A DNA stretch of 64,000 nt from Eledone cirrhosa. Lineage: Eukaryota. Under the pieces are notes generated by a model. That model was given only the letters and a program-made list of their open reading frames with translations. It did no database searches and was not told the DNA's origin. Shown one piece after another: positions 25,521 to 41,820 of this stretch. Positions within the stretch are counted from its first letter, which is position 1; the number at the start of each line of letters is the position of its first letter. The DNA is taken from NCBI GenBank assembly GCA_964016885.1, contig OZ024740.1, forward strand, positions 432,450,001 through 432,514,000, given 5' to 3'. Made by a program: the position numbers and the translations under genes.

Positions 25521-26502
25521 GTAAGGATTAAATTTTTAAAAACATATTAAATTCTCAGAGTTTTTTTCTAAACTGATATCCGTGTCAATTTGGAAAACAA
25601 GAGAATATTTTGAGGGTGAAGGTTGACATTCTAAATAATTTTGTTTATTCACACTTGTATAAATAAGATTACAAATATGTTTTAAATATATACATAAATA
25701 ACATTATAAATAACATTACAAATGCGTAAATAACATTATATATTGCTGGCAATTCGTTGAGAAGAACATTATAACTATGTCTTTGAAGATTCTCAATATA
25801 TGAAAGGGGTGGGATATTTTCTTTGACATATCTAAACAGTATTTTCTTCTTATCTGGACTTTAAACTGTTTATTCTTAGGTATATATTTTGTTCTCTTCG
25901 TTATATCATAAATAATCAGTTTTATCCTATATATTTCTCATTGATATCAACTCTGTAAAATGTTCAACATAAATATTTAACTCAACTTCTTCAACACATA
26001 TTAGTATTTCATAATAATGTTTATGTGGATAGTCATAATTATTGTTATTTCCACACACAATATATCTATTAAGTGATTTCTATTCCTGTTTTGTAAAGAT
26101 CGATTTATAAATTTCTTCTCATTGCTGGTCAGGCCTTCAAAGTCTCTTCTTTTGGTGGTCATTAATAATAAATGCCATTATAACATTTAATAATTTATAT
26201 ATTTTTAAGCAGGAATAATTCTTTGATGTATTATATTTGGTGAAATTGCAACCATTTAGCAAAGCCCGAAATAGTAGAATATTAAAATAGTGTGGTATTG
26301 GTTTGAAATGTTAGCCATAACATCCTCTTGAGAGGGAAACGCTGGAAATGGTGTTCAGTTTATCGATAGCAATATAATTAGCTCTGTCTATATATATATG
26401 TGTGTATATGTGTGTATGTGTGTATATATGTGTGTATATATGTGTATGTATATATGTGTGTATATATGTATGTATGTGTGTATATATATATATGTATGTG
26501 TG

Positions 26503-26533
<31 letters not shown>

Positions 26534-27144
26534 ATATATATGTATGTGTGTATATATATGTATGTGTGTGTATATATGTGTGTGTGTGTGTATATATGTG
26601 TATATATATATATGTATGTATATGTGTGTGTATATATGTGTATATATATGGATGTGTATGTGTATGTGTGTGTGTATATGTGTATATGTGTATATATTTG
26701 TGTGTATATATATGTATATATTTGTGTGTATATATATGTATATATTTGTGTGTATATATATGTATATATTTGTGTGTATATATATGTATATATTTGTGTG
26801 TATATATATGTATATATTTGTGTGTATATATTTGTGTGTATATATATATGTATATATTTGTGTATATATATGTATATATTTGTGTGTATCTATGTATATA
26901 TTTGTGTGTATATATATGTATATATATGTATATATTTGTGTGTATCTATGTATATATTTGTGTATATATATGTATATATTTGTGTGTATATATGTATATA
27001 TTTGTGTGTATATATATGTATATACTTGTCTATATATATATATATATATATGTATATACTTGTGTGTGTGTGTACATATATATACATATATATATATGTA
27101 TATATATGTAGAAATATGTATACTTGTGTGTGGATATATATATA

Positions 27145-27281
27145 TCATCATCATCAACGTTTAACGTCCGTGTTCCATGCTTGCATGGGTTTGGACGGGG
27201 GTAGTCCCACTTGAGGCAAGAGGGATTGTCTTGCTCGCATAGGACTGTCTGGCGGGTTTTCTACAGCTGGATACCCTTCCT

Positions 27282-27285
<4 letters not shown>
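27145..27285 (-). mobile_element. RTE 3'-terminal about 140 bp (extreme 5' truncation)
   Basis: (CAT)n-CAACGTTTAACGTCCGTGTTCCA.. matches 39099 onward. Confidence 0.92.
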
Positions 27286-27328
<43 letters not shown>

Positions 27329-27381
27329 TTGTGTGTATATATTTGTGTATATGTATACATTGGTGTATATATGTATATATT

Positions 27382-27412
<31 letters not shown>

Positions 27413-27899
27413 GTATATATGTGTGTATATATATATTTGTGTGTATATATATATTTGTGTGTATATATATATTTGTGTGTATATATATATTTGTGTGTAT
27501 ATATATATTTGTGTGTATATATATATTTGTGTGTATATATATATATGTGTGTATATATATATATATGTGTATATATATATTTATGTGTATATATATATTT
27601 GTGTGTATATATATTTGTGTATATTTATATTTGTGTATATATATATTTGTGTATATATATATTTGTGTATATATATATTTGTGTGTGTATATTGTGTATA
27701 TATATATTTATGTATATATATATGTATATATTATGTATATATTTATGTATATATATATGTATATATTATGTATATATTTGTGTATATATATGTATATATT
27801 TGTGTATATATACGTATATATTTGTGTGTATATATATTTGTGTGTATGTATATTTGTGTGTATATATATTTTGTGTTTATATATATGTATATATACATT

Positions 27900-27942
<43 letters not shown>

Positions 27943-27991
27943 TGTGTGTATGTATATATATTTGTTTATATATATGTATGTTTATATATAT

Positions 27992-28072
27992 ATCATCATC
28001 ATTTTACGTCCGCTTTACCCTGCTTGCAAGGTGGGACGGGTCTTATTCAGCACAGCATCTCTCCACTCGTCA
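27992..28072 (-). mobile_element. 3'-terminal about 80 bp of a related RTE subfamily
   Basis: (CAT)n-TTTACGTCCGCTTTACCCTGCTTGCAA; similar to the reverse complement of 43025-43070. Confidence 0.75.
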
Positions 28073-28352
28073 TATATGTGAATATATGTATGTATATGTG
28101 TATGTATGTATATGTGTATGTATGTATATGTGTATGTATATATATGTGTATGTATATATATGTGTATGTATATATATGTGTATGTATATATATGTATGTA
28201 TATATGTATATATATATATATGTATGTATATATGTATATATATATATATGTATATATATATGTATATATATATGTATATATATATATGTATATATATATG
28301 TGTATATATATATGTATATATATATATGTATATATATATGTATATATATATG

Positions 28353-28421
<69 letters not shown>

Positions 28422-28500
28422 GTATATATATGTATATATATATATGTATATATATATATGTATATATATATGTATATATATATATGTATATATATATATG

Positions 28501-28549
<49 letters not shown>

Positions 28550-28610
28550 GTATATATATGTATATATATATATGTATATATATATGTATATATATATGTA
28601 TATATATATG

Positions 28611-28779
<169 letters not shown>

Positions 28780-28788
28780 GTATATATG

Positions 28789-28883
<95 letters not shown>

Positions 28884-28903
28884 GTAATATATATATATAT
28901 ATG

Positions 28904-29012
<109 letters not shown>

Positions 29013-29029
29013 GTATATATATATATGTA

Positions 29030-29060
<31 letters not shown>

Positions 29061-29080
29061 GTAATATATATATATATATG

Positions 29081-29191
<111 letters not shown>

Positions 29192-29192
29192 G

Positions 29193-29271
<79 letters not shown>

Positions 29272-29842
29272 GTATATATATATGTATATATATATGTATA
29301 TATATATATGTATATATATATGTATATATATATGTATATATATATGTATATATATATATGTATATATATGTATATATATATGTATATATATATGTATATA
29401 TATATGTATATATATATGTATATATATATATGTATATATATATGTATATATATATGTATATATATATGTATATATATATATGTATATATATGTATATATA
29501 TATGTATATATATATATGTATATATATATGTATATATATATGTATATATATATATGTATATATATGTATATATATATGTATATATATATGTATATATATA
29601 TGTATATATATATGTATATATATATGTATATATATATGTATATATATATGTATATATATATATATGTATATATATATGTATATATATATGTATATATATA
29701 TATATATGTATATATATATGTATATATATATATGTATATATATATGTATATATATATGTATATATATATATATATATATGTATATGTATATATATATATA
29801 TGTATATATATATGTATATATATATATATATATATGTATATG

Positions 29843-29876
<34 letters not shown>

Positions 29877-30225
29877 TGTATATGTATATATATATATATG
29901 TATATATATATGTATATATATATATGTATATATATATGTATATATATATATATATATATGTATATGTATATGTATATATGTATATATATGTATATGTATA
30001 TATGTATATATATATATGTATATGTATATATATATGTATATATATATATGTATATATATATGTATATATATATGTATATATATTGTATATATATATGTAT
30101 GTATATATGTATGTATATATGTATATATATGTATATATATGTATATATATATATGTATATATATATGTATATATATATATGTATATATATATGTATATAT
30201 ATATATGTATATGTATATATATATG

Positions 30226-30302
<77 letters not shown>

Positions 30303-30350
30303 GTATATATATATATGTATATATATATATGTATATATATATATGTATAT

Positions 30351-30396
<46 letters not shown>

Positions 30397-30485
30397 GTAT
30401 ATATATATATGTATATATATATATGTATATATATATATGTATATATATATATGTATATATATATATGTATGTATATATATATATG

Positions 30486-30516
<31 letters not shown>

Positions 30517-30525
30517 GTATATATG

Positions 30526-30640
<115 letters not shown>

Positions 30641-31236
30641 GTATATATATATGTATATATATATATGTATATATGTATATATATGTATGTATATATATAT
30701 GTATATATGTATCTTATATGTATGTATATATATATGTATATATGTATCTTATATGTATATATATATATATATGTATGTATATATGTATGTATATATGTAT
30801 GTATATATATATGTATATATGTATGTATATATATATGTATATATGTATGTATATATATATGTATATATATATATATGTATATATGTATGTATATATATAT
30901 GTATATATGTATGTATATATGTATGTATATATGTATGTATATATGCATGTATATATGTATGTATATATGCATGTATATATGTATGTATATATATATGTAT
31001 ATATATGTATGTATATATGTATGTATATATATATGTATATATATATGTATATATGTATGTATATATGTATGTATATATGTATGTATATATGTATGTATAT
31101 ATGTATGTATATATGTATGTATATATGTATGTATATATGTATGTATATATGTACATGTATATATGTATGTATATATGTATGTATGTATGTATATATGTAT
31201 ATGTATATATGTATGTATATATGTATGTATATATGT

Positions 31237-32693
31237 ATCATCATCATCATCACCGTTTTACGTCCGTTCTTCCACGCTAGCATGGGTTAGACCGGTTGTC
31301 CTGTTGTGGGCAGTGTCTGGTCGGCTGACCATGCCTTGCTCATACAGGAACTGATCTGGCTTGATTTCTACAGCTGGATGCCCTTCCTAACACCAACCTC
31401 ATTTACAGTGAGTGCTGGGTGCTTTTTCGTGGCGCCTACACGTCCACTTTACAGTGTGGGCTGGGTGCTTTTTTGCCGTGGCACCTCCACGACCACCTTG
31501 CGGTGGGGGGGGGGGGGGCATATTGTTTATATGCTTCAGCATGTACCCATGGGAGGTCGGGTACCCTGTATTACTGCGTGACGCCAGAAGTCACGGTCGT
31601 GTGTCATTGACTTTGAGAGGTGTAGTTGGGTAAGGTCGGCTTTTATCACCTCATCCCAAGTCATCTTGGGTCTCCCCACTCCGCGGTTTCCATCAACTTC
31701 TAGTGCTCTGCACCTTTTTATGCAGCTGTCATCCTTCATACGCATCACATGTCCATACCAGCGTAACCGCCTCTCCTGCACGCAGCATTTGATTCCTCTT
31801 ATGCTCAGTCTCTCTCTCAATTCATTTATGCTTTGTCGTTCACGTATATTACTGTTACACATCCATCGGAGCATGCAGGCTTCGTTTCTCTCTAATCTAC
31901 GTAAGTCTTCCACCTTCAGCGCCCAGGTCTCACTACCATGCAACATCGCTGTTCGGATACACGCATCATACAGTCTGCCTTTCATTCTGAGGGAGAAGCC
32001 TTTTGCAGCTAGCAGTGGTAGTAGTTCCCTAAACTTCTTCCATCCCGTTCTTACCCTAGTTATTGTACTTTCTGAGCACCCACCTCCGTTGCTAATTCGG
32101 TCACCTAGGTAGCAGAAGCTGTCTACTGTTTCTACAGGGCCCTCCCAGAGATTGGTGGTACTTGTTTCCTGTGGCTGTTTGCTTGCTGTTTCAGCACAGC
32201 TGCTGCATGTGAATCCTACATTCTTAATTAAGCTTCCTGAGATCCCGCTACATCTCTTGTGTACCCATTGTTTGCATTTGGGGCAGAGAATGGAGTTCCT
32301 ACCTACACCTTTCCTACATACTGAGCAAGGCCATTTCCCTGAGGGGATCTGGGTTCTGTTTTCTCGTCTACTTATAAGGACCTTAGTCTTTGTCATGTTG
32401 ACTTTGAGGCCCTTTCTCTCTAGTCCCTGCTTCCAGGTTTGGAATTTATTCTCTAGTTCTACCATAGATTCAGCTATGAGTGCGAGGTCATCAGCATACA
32501 GGAGTTCCCATGGGCATCCGGTCTTAAACTCCTCCGTTATTGCCTGCAGGACTATGATGAACAGGAGAGGGCTAAGAACAGAGCTCTGGTGGACCCCAAC
32601 CTGTACGCTAAATTCCTCGCTATACTCATTGCTAATCCTAACTTTGCTGACTGCTCCCCTATACATGGCTTGTACCGCTTTCACAAGCCATTC
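31237..32693 (-). mobile_element. 5'-truncated RTE-PHD LINE, divergent subfamily
   Basis: Open ORF 31536-32684 (LYADD, PHD finger, RRLRWYGHV), distinct 3'UTR, (TGA)n tail. Confidence 0.96.
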
Positions 32694-33148
32694 ATATATA
32701 TATATGTATATATGTATATATATATGTATATATATATGTATATATATATGTATATATATATGTGTATATATATATGTATATATATATATGTATATATATA
32801 TATGTATATATATATATGTATATATATATATGTATATATATATGTGTATATATATATGTATATGTATATATATATATGTATATGTATATATATATATGTA
32901 TATATATATATGTATATATATATATGTATATGTATATATATATATATGTATATATATATATGTATATGTATATATATATATATGTATATATATATATGTA
33001 TATATATATATGTATATATATATATGTATATATATATATGTATATATATATATGTATATATATATATATGTATATATATATATGTATATATATATATGTA
33101 TATATATATATGTATATATATATGTATATATATATGTATATATATATG

Positions 33149-33211
<63 letters not shown>

Positions 33212-33256
33212 GTATATATATATGTGTATATATATATATGTATGTATATATATATG

Positions 33257-33291
<35 letters not shown>

Positions 33292-33812
33292 GTGTATATA
33301 TATATATGTGTATATATATATATGTATGTATATATATATATGTATGTATATATATATATGTGTATATATATATATGTATGTATATATATATATGTGTATA
33401 TATATGTATGTATATATATATATGTGTATATATATATATGTATATATATATGTGTATATATATATATGTATATATATATATGTATATATATGTATATATA
33501 TATATGTATATATATATATGTATATATATATATGTATATATGTATATATATATATGTATATATATATATGTATATATATGTATATATATATATGTATATA
33601 TATGTATATATATATATGTATATATATATATGTATATATATATATGTATATATATATATGTATATATATATATGTATATATATATATGTATATATATATA
33701 TGTATATATATGTATATATATATATGTATATATATGTATATGTATATGTATATATGTATATGTATATATGTATATATATATATGTATATATGTATATGTA
33801 TATATATATATG

Positions 33813-33869
<57 letters not shown>

Positions 33870-33870
33870 G

Positions 33871-33901
<31 letters not shown>

Positions 33902-34350
33902 GTATATATATGTATGTATATATATATATGTATATATATATATATGTATATATATGTATGTATATATATATATGTATATATATATATATGTATATATATA
34001 TATGTATATATATATATGTATATATATATATGTATATATATATATGTATATATGTATATGTATATGTATATATGTATATGTATATATATATATATACATG
34101 TTTATATATGTATATATATATACATGTTTATATATGTATATATATATACATGTTTATATATGTATATATATATACATGTTTATATATGTATATATATATA
34201 CATGTTTATATATGTATATATATATACATGTTTATATATGTATATATATATATATGTTTATATATGTATATATATATATGTTTATATATGTATATATATA
34301 TATGTTTATATATGTATATATATATATGTATATATATACATATATAAACA

Positions 34351-34426
<76 letters not shown>

Positions 34427-35579
34427 TATATACACATATATATATATATATACATATACATATACATATATATACATATACATATATACATATATATATA
34501 TACATATATACATATATACATATATATATATACATATATATATACATATATACATATATATATATACATATATACATATATACATATATATATATACATA
34601 TATATATATACATATATACATATATATATATACATATATACATATATATATATACATATATACATATATATATATACATATATATATATACATATATACA
34701 TATATATATACATATATATATATACATATATATATATACATATATATATATACATATATATATATACATATATATATATATACATATATATATATACATA
34801 TATATATATACATATACATATACATATATACATATACATATATATATATACATATATACATATACACATATACATATATACATATATATATATACATATA
34901 TACATATATATATATACATATATACATATATGTATATATATATATATATGTTTATATATGTATATATATATATGTATATATATATATATGTTTATATATG
35001 TATATATATGTATGTTTATATATGTATATATATGTATATATATATATGTTTATATATATATATGTGTATATGTATATATGTTTATATATATATATGTGTA
35101 TGTGTATATATATATATGTTTATATATATATATGTTATATATATATATGTTTATATATATATATATGTTTATATATATATGTTTATATATATGTATATAT
35201 ATATATGTTTATATATATATGTTTATATATATGTTTATATATATGTTTATATGTATATATATATATGTTTATATGTATATATATATATATGTATATATAT
35301 ATGTATATATATATATATGTATATATATATGTATATATATATATATGTATATATATGTATATATATATATGTATATATATATGTATATATGTATATATAT
35401 ATATGTATATATATGTATATATGTATATATATATATATGTATATATATATATGTATATATATGTATATATGTATATGTATAAGTATATATATATATGTAT
35501 ATGTATATATGTATATGTATATGTATATATATATATGTATATATATATATATGTATATATATATGTTTATATGTATATA

Positions 35580-36373
35580 TCATCATCATCAACGTTTAAC
35601 GTCCGTGTTCCACGCTTGCATGGGTTTGGACGGGGATTTTCCCACTTGAGGCAAGAGTGGTTGTCTTGCTCGCATAGGACTGTCTGGCGGGTTTTCTACA
35701 GCTGGATGCCCTTCCTAACACCAACCACATTTACAGTGTGGGTCTGGGAGGTTTTTACCGTGTTGCCTACACAGCCACATTACAGCATGGACTGTGTGTT
35801 TTTTTGTCGTGACACCTACACGATCTCATTTGTTTCGGCCTGGATGGTGTGGCACCAACATAACTTTACATAGAAGGGGGCGGTGTGGATGGGGTGGGGG
35901 TGGTGGGACGGGGGTGTATTTTGTTAGAGATGCCTACTGACTGTAGTAGGTCCCACCTTGCATTTAGGTAAGGCGGATCTCGGTCCAAGTGACACTGTCC
36001 CGGTGAGGTGCAAGTGTGCGAGGTCGGAGTTTATCAGCTCGTCCCAGGCCCCTCCGGGTCTGCCTATTCCGTGGCTACCGTCTATCTTTATTGCCCTGCA
36101 CTTTGTTATACAGCTATCGTCCCTCATGCGCATCACGTGACCATACCAACGTAGCCTTCTCTCGAGTAAACAACATCCGATCCCTCTTATTTCTAATTTT
36201 TTCCTTAGTTCGTTTATGCTTTGTCGTTCACGTATATTACTGTTACACATCCAGCGGAGCATGCAAGCTTCGTTCCTCTCTAGTCTGCGTATATCCTCTG
36301 CACACAATGCCCGGGTCTCACTGCCATGCAACATTGCTGTTCGTATGCAGGCATCGTACAACCTGCCTTTCAT
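35580..36373 (-). mobile_element. 5'-truncated RTE copy with clustered sense-strand A>G hypermutation
   Basis: Near-identical to 39099-39930 except for about 18 T>C changes (+ strand) in 35952-36178 and a deletion of about 30 bp. Confidence 0.95.
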
Positions 36374-36968
36374 ATGTATGTATATATATATATGTATGTA
36401 TGTATATATATATATGTATGTATGTATATATATATATATATGTATGTATGTATGTATGTATATATATATATGTATATATGTATGTATATATATATATGTA
36501 TATATGTATGTATGTATGTATATATATATATATGTATATATGTATGCATGTATATATATATATGTATATATGTATGCATGTATATATATATATGTATATG
36601 TATGTATGTATGTATATATATGTATATATGTATATGTATGTATGTATATATATGTATGTATGTATATGTATGTATGTATATGTATGTATGTGTATATATA
36701 TGTATGTGTATATATATGTATGTGTATATATATGTATGTGTATATATATGTATGTGTATATATATGTATGTGTATATATATGTATGTATGTATGTATACG
36801 TATGTATGTATGTATATGTATGTCTGTATATATGTGTGTATGTATATATATGTGTGTATATATATGTATGTGTGTATATATATATGTATGTATGTATGTA
36901 TATGTATGTATATACATATATATGTATGTATATGTATGTATATATATATATGTATGTATATATATATG

Positions 36969-38070
36969 TATTTTTTCTCTTTCTCTTAATTTCGAGTATA
37001 TTTTTTTGACCGGCCACCTTCCTGGTTGCAAGGTTGTAAAAGAAAAGAAATTGTCATCCCTTGAATCGCAAGAATGTTTTGCAAATTTTGAAGGTGCCAG
37101 CTATCGCAGCCATTTGTAGACTATGAATTAGGGAGCTGCGCTTTTTGTCCGCAAATCCAAGTTCAGTCATACTTTGGTCCAAGCGGGTTGGTATATAACC
37201 CGTAGCACCAATAATGATGGGTATGAAGCTAAAGGTGTATCTTGGATACTGGATTTGTAAACTCCTCATCAATGGTCCGTAGATGTCCTCCTTCTCCTGT
37301 ATTTTTCTGACAACGTTTACATCAAGTGGGCAGCTGATCTCCACAACAGAACACGTTTTCAATGTGTGGTCCCAAACTACAATATCAGGCCGGTTGTGCT
37401 TTAATTTGGTGGCAGTTTTTATTTTCAGGTTCCACCAGTATTCCTTAGTGCCATCTGTCTCAATATATTCTTCCTCGTTTGTTGTTAATTTTGTTTTCCG
37501 AAGTGCGTTCCAGATGGTTCTAGCTATCCCATCGTGTCTCATGGGGAGGTAGTAGCGAGATGACATTCTTTCGCAGCTGGCAACAATGTGGCTTACATCC
37601 TCGATCTTTGTTTTACATAGCCTACATTTATTGTCAGCTGCTGGCCCTCCTCTTTTGTGCAGCAGATATTTGGTAGGGAGTTCTTGTTCCTGTATTGCAT
37701 AGAGATATCCCTCAAGGTGTGATGTCATAAACTTGTCGGAACTCCATGTCAGGCTTTTTGAGTGGTTTATCCCCTCTATGGTCTGTGTTTTACGCCTCAA
37801 GTATCCATGCACAACTTTTTCTGTAAATTGGTCAATTTTTTTATATTGTTTGAACATTGAATATTATCTTCCGATTTCTCTGGGTGAGAGATTTATATCA
37901 GGCTTCATTCCATATCTCTCCTCCAGATCAGTCGCTATTCTAATGATATTTCTTTTTTCATGGTCATAAACCTGGGCAAGATGGTTGCCAACCTTTTTCC
38001 TCTGTTGAAGGTGTTGCTTCAGTGTTACTATCCGGGTCTCATATGTTGTTAATATTGATTTTAGACCCCG
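36969..38070 (-). mobile_element. R4/Dong-clade LINE 3' portion (CCHC plus RLE), young family
   Basis: ORF 37054-37857: AIQEQ, CRLC..EDVSHIVASC, RHD, HNRPDIVVWD..VVEISCP..EKEDIY, PIIIGATG. Confidence 0.93.
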
Positions 38071-38096
38071 TATGTATATATGTATGTATGTATGTA

Positions 38097-38132
<36 letters not shown>

Positions 38133-38144
38133 TGTATGTATGTA

Positions 38145-38271
<127 letters not shown>

Positions 38272-38273
38272 AT

Positions 38274-38725
38274 GGGCAAGGGAGCTCTTAAGACTCAATA
38301 GCCATCCAAAATCACCGGGAGAGATGACCCCTTAGCCTTTGTCAAGGCAGAATTCTAGGAGAAGGAAAACTCTGATATAACACCTGCAACCCTGATGGTA
38401 TCCAATGATGTTGACTTGTTCTTCTTTTTGGTAAATATCATCTTGGTTAAGAGAGTGGGACTGGCTTTGTGCAGTGCCTTTGCTCACTATAAAAGCTTCA
38501 CAGCACAGGCATTGCTTTATATCTGGAGATCTCTCTGCACTTGTCATCACATGGTACCATGGACCCTGCACTATGTGTCAATAATGGTCACAAGTGTAGT
38601 CTTTGTACCAGAGTTTTCAAGTCGCTGGCTGGACTAAAAAGTCACATTCGTTCAGCGCATCGGTAGGGGTTCTCCTACATGGATATAAAGTAGTGGCCGT
38701 ACTCGAAAACGAGTTGGCAGCCACC
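38274..38725 (+). mobile_element. Short non-autonomous retroelement (bipartite RTE derivative), copy 1
   Basis: Five copies in the window share a fixed 3' end (..CTCGAAAACGAGTTGGCAGCCACC) and have variable 5' ends. Confidence 0.8.
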
Positions 38726-38820
38726 ATATATATATATATATGTATGTATATATATATATGTATGTATGTATGTATGTATATATATATATGTATGCATATA
38801 TATATATGTATGTATGTATG

Positions 38821-38861
<41 letters not shown>

Positions 38862-38880
38862 ATATATATATATATGTATG

Positions 38881-38947
<67 letters not shown>

Positions 38948-39040
38948 ATATATATGTATGTATATATATATGTATATATATATATATATGTATGTATATA
39001 TATATGTATATATATATATATATGTATGTATATATATATG

Positions 39041-39077
<37 letters not shown>

Positions 39078-39098
39078 GTATGTATATATATATGTATA

Positions 39099-41820
39099 TC
39101 ATCATCATCATCATCATCAACGTTTAACGTCCGTGTTCCACGCTTGCATGGGTTTGGACGGGGGTAGTCCCACTTGAGGCAAGAGTGATTGTCTTGCTCG
39201 CATAGGACTGTCTGGCAGGTTTTCTACAGTTGGATGCCCTTCCTAACACCAACCACATTTACAGTGTGGGTCTGGGAGGTTTTTACCGTGTTGCCTACAC
39301 GGCCACATTACAGCGTGGACTGTGTGTTTTTTTGTCGTGACACCTACACGATCTCATTTGTTTCGGCCTCGATGGCGCGGCACCAACATAACTTTACATA
39401 GAACGGGGTGGTGTGGATCGGGTGGGGGTGGGGGTGGTGGGACGGGGTGTATTTTGTTAGAGATGCCTACTGGCTGGAGTAGGTTTTACTATATATTTAG
39501 GTAAGGCGGGTCTTCTCTGTTACTGAGTACCGCCAAAGGTCTCGGTCCAGTGACATTGTCTTGGAGAGGTGTAAGTGTGTGATGTCGGAGTTTATCAGCT
39601 CGTCCCAGGTTTTTCTAGGTCTGCCTATTCCGTGACTACCGTCTATCTTTATTGCCCTGCACTTTGTTATACAGCTATCGACTTTCATGCGCATCACGTG
39701 TCCATACCAACGTAGCCTTCTCTCGAGTAAACAACATCTGATCCCTCTTATCTCTAATTTATTCCTTAGTTCGTTTATGCTTTGCCGTTCACGTATATTA
39801 CTGTTACACATCCAGCGGAGCATGCAAGCTTCGTTCCTCTCTAGTCTGCGTATATCCTCTGCACACAATGCCCAGGTCTCACTGCCATGCAGCATTGCTG
39901 TTCGTATGCAGGCATCGTACAACCTGCCTTTCATTTTTAGTGAGAACCCTTTAGCAGCTAATAGTGGTATAAGCTCTCTGAACTTTTTCCAACCAGTTCT
40001 GACTCTAGCTACAGTACTTTCAGAGCACCCTCCCCCACTGCTGATTTTATCGCCCAGGTAACGGAAGCTGTCCACTATTTCTATAGAACCCTCTGCGCAA
40101 TTGAAAGAGCTAGTAGTTTGTGGGCACTTGCTGCTACTTATTGCACCAGAGCACCGGCCACATGTAAAATCTATGTTCTTAGTTAGCTTACCTGTGATCC
40201 CACTACATCTTTTATGCACCCATACTTTGCATTTAGGACATAAAATGGAGTTTCTACCTACGCCTTTCCTACACACCGAGCACGACCATTTCCCCGAAGG
40301 GACCGCCGCCTTGTTTTCTTTCCTACAAACTAGTACTTTGGTCTTAGCCAGGTTAATTTTAAGTCCTTTTGACTCTAGGCCGTGCTTCCATGTTTGGAAT
40401 TTCTTCTCTAGCTCGGCCATTGATTCCGCTATGAGTGTCAGGTCGTCTGCGTATAGGAGTTCCCATGGGCAGCCTGTCTTGAACTCCTCTGTTATAGCCT
40501 GAAGGGCAATAATAAATAGTAGTGGACTGAGAACAGAGCCCTGATGGACGCCGACTTTTACGCTAAACTCTTCACTATATTCGTTGTTAATTCTAACCTT
40601 GCTGACTGTTTCTTTATACATGGCTTGTATAGCCCTCACAAGCCATTCGTCAACGCCTAGTTTTCTAAGAGCCCACCAGATAATGGAGCGGGGGACTCTG
40701 TCGAAGGCTTTCTCCAAGTCGACAAAAGCTAAGTAGAGGGGTTTACCTTTAGCTAGGTACTTCTCCTGTAGTTGTCGTACTATGAAAAGAGCGTCTGTGG
40801 TACTTTTGCCTGACACAAACCCGAACTGCATTTCATCTAGGTCAATTCTCTCTCTGATTAGTTGCGCTATTACTCTTTCCGTGACCTTCATGACCTGGTC
40901 GATTAATTTAATGCCTCTATAGTTACTCCTATCTAGGGCGTCTCCTTTACCCTTATAACAGTTAACGATGATGCTGCTATGCCAGTCCTTCGGAACAACC
41001 CCGTTCTGTACGACTTGGTTAACTATGCGGGTGACCATGGTGTGTCCCACCGTGCCAGATGCCTTCAGCATCTCAGCAACTATTTCCGAAGGCCCAGCCG
41101 CCTTACCAGTCTTCATATCCTTGATTGCCTTACTTATTATACTCCCCTCGACTAACACTGCTGGTCCCTCTATTGGGTCGATATGGGGGAGACTGCCTTT
41201 CTCCCAATTATTCTCCTCATTTAGAAGCCTTTCATAGTGACACTTCCAAGCTACCTTCTTATCAGCGTCGGTGATGGCAAGTGTGCCATCGTCGTTTAGT
41301 ACACACTTCTCCCCGACAATATCACGGTTTTCCTTGACGCATTGCCTAGCAATCCTGAACACCTCACGTTTTTGGTCATCGCGTTGTAGAACATGCTTGA
41401 ACTTTCTTTCCTCAGCTTCCCTTCTTGCTAAGTACACTTGTCTCCTAGCTTCCCTCCTGGCCACTTGATAGTCCTCTCTACTTCCCCCATCCCGCCATAC
41501 TTTCCAAGCCTGCTTTTTGGCCTTAATTGACCCCTCCACCTTACTGTTCCACCACCATGTTACTCTCCTCCTGCCTACAGGCCTGCTCCAGCCACAGACC
41601 TCGTCTGTCGCCAACAGCAGGTTTGCTTTCAGAAATTCCCACTCTCCCTCTATATTGTCCGACTCTAAATGTTCTTCCTTACTGTCGAAAGCATCAAGTA
41701 ATATGCTTTGAAATTTATTCCTGGCTGTGGGGTCCTTTAGCTTCCATATTTTCCTCCTGAGGATAGTCCTCTTCTGTTGTCGAGTACGTCTCGTCCTGAC
41801 TATGAGTACGTCTCGTCCTG
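39099..41820 (-). mobile_element. Longest RTE-PHD LINE copy (2.7 kb, 5'-truncated, ORF uninterrupted)
   Basis: ORF 39497-41614 (705 aa) with the full RT and PHD finger; 3'UTR; (TGA)n tail. Confidence 0.97.

Noticed and set aside
38332-38637. Recurrent ~80-aa ORFs on both strands of the short element
   Set aside because: Copies show indels and inconsistent starts and ends, and no domain is recognisable. Recurrence is explained by DNA similarity.
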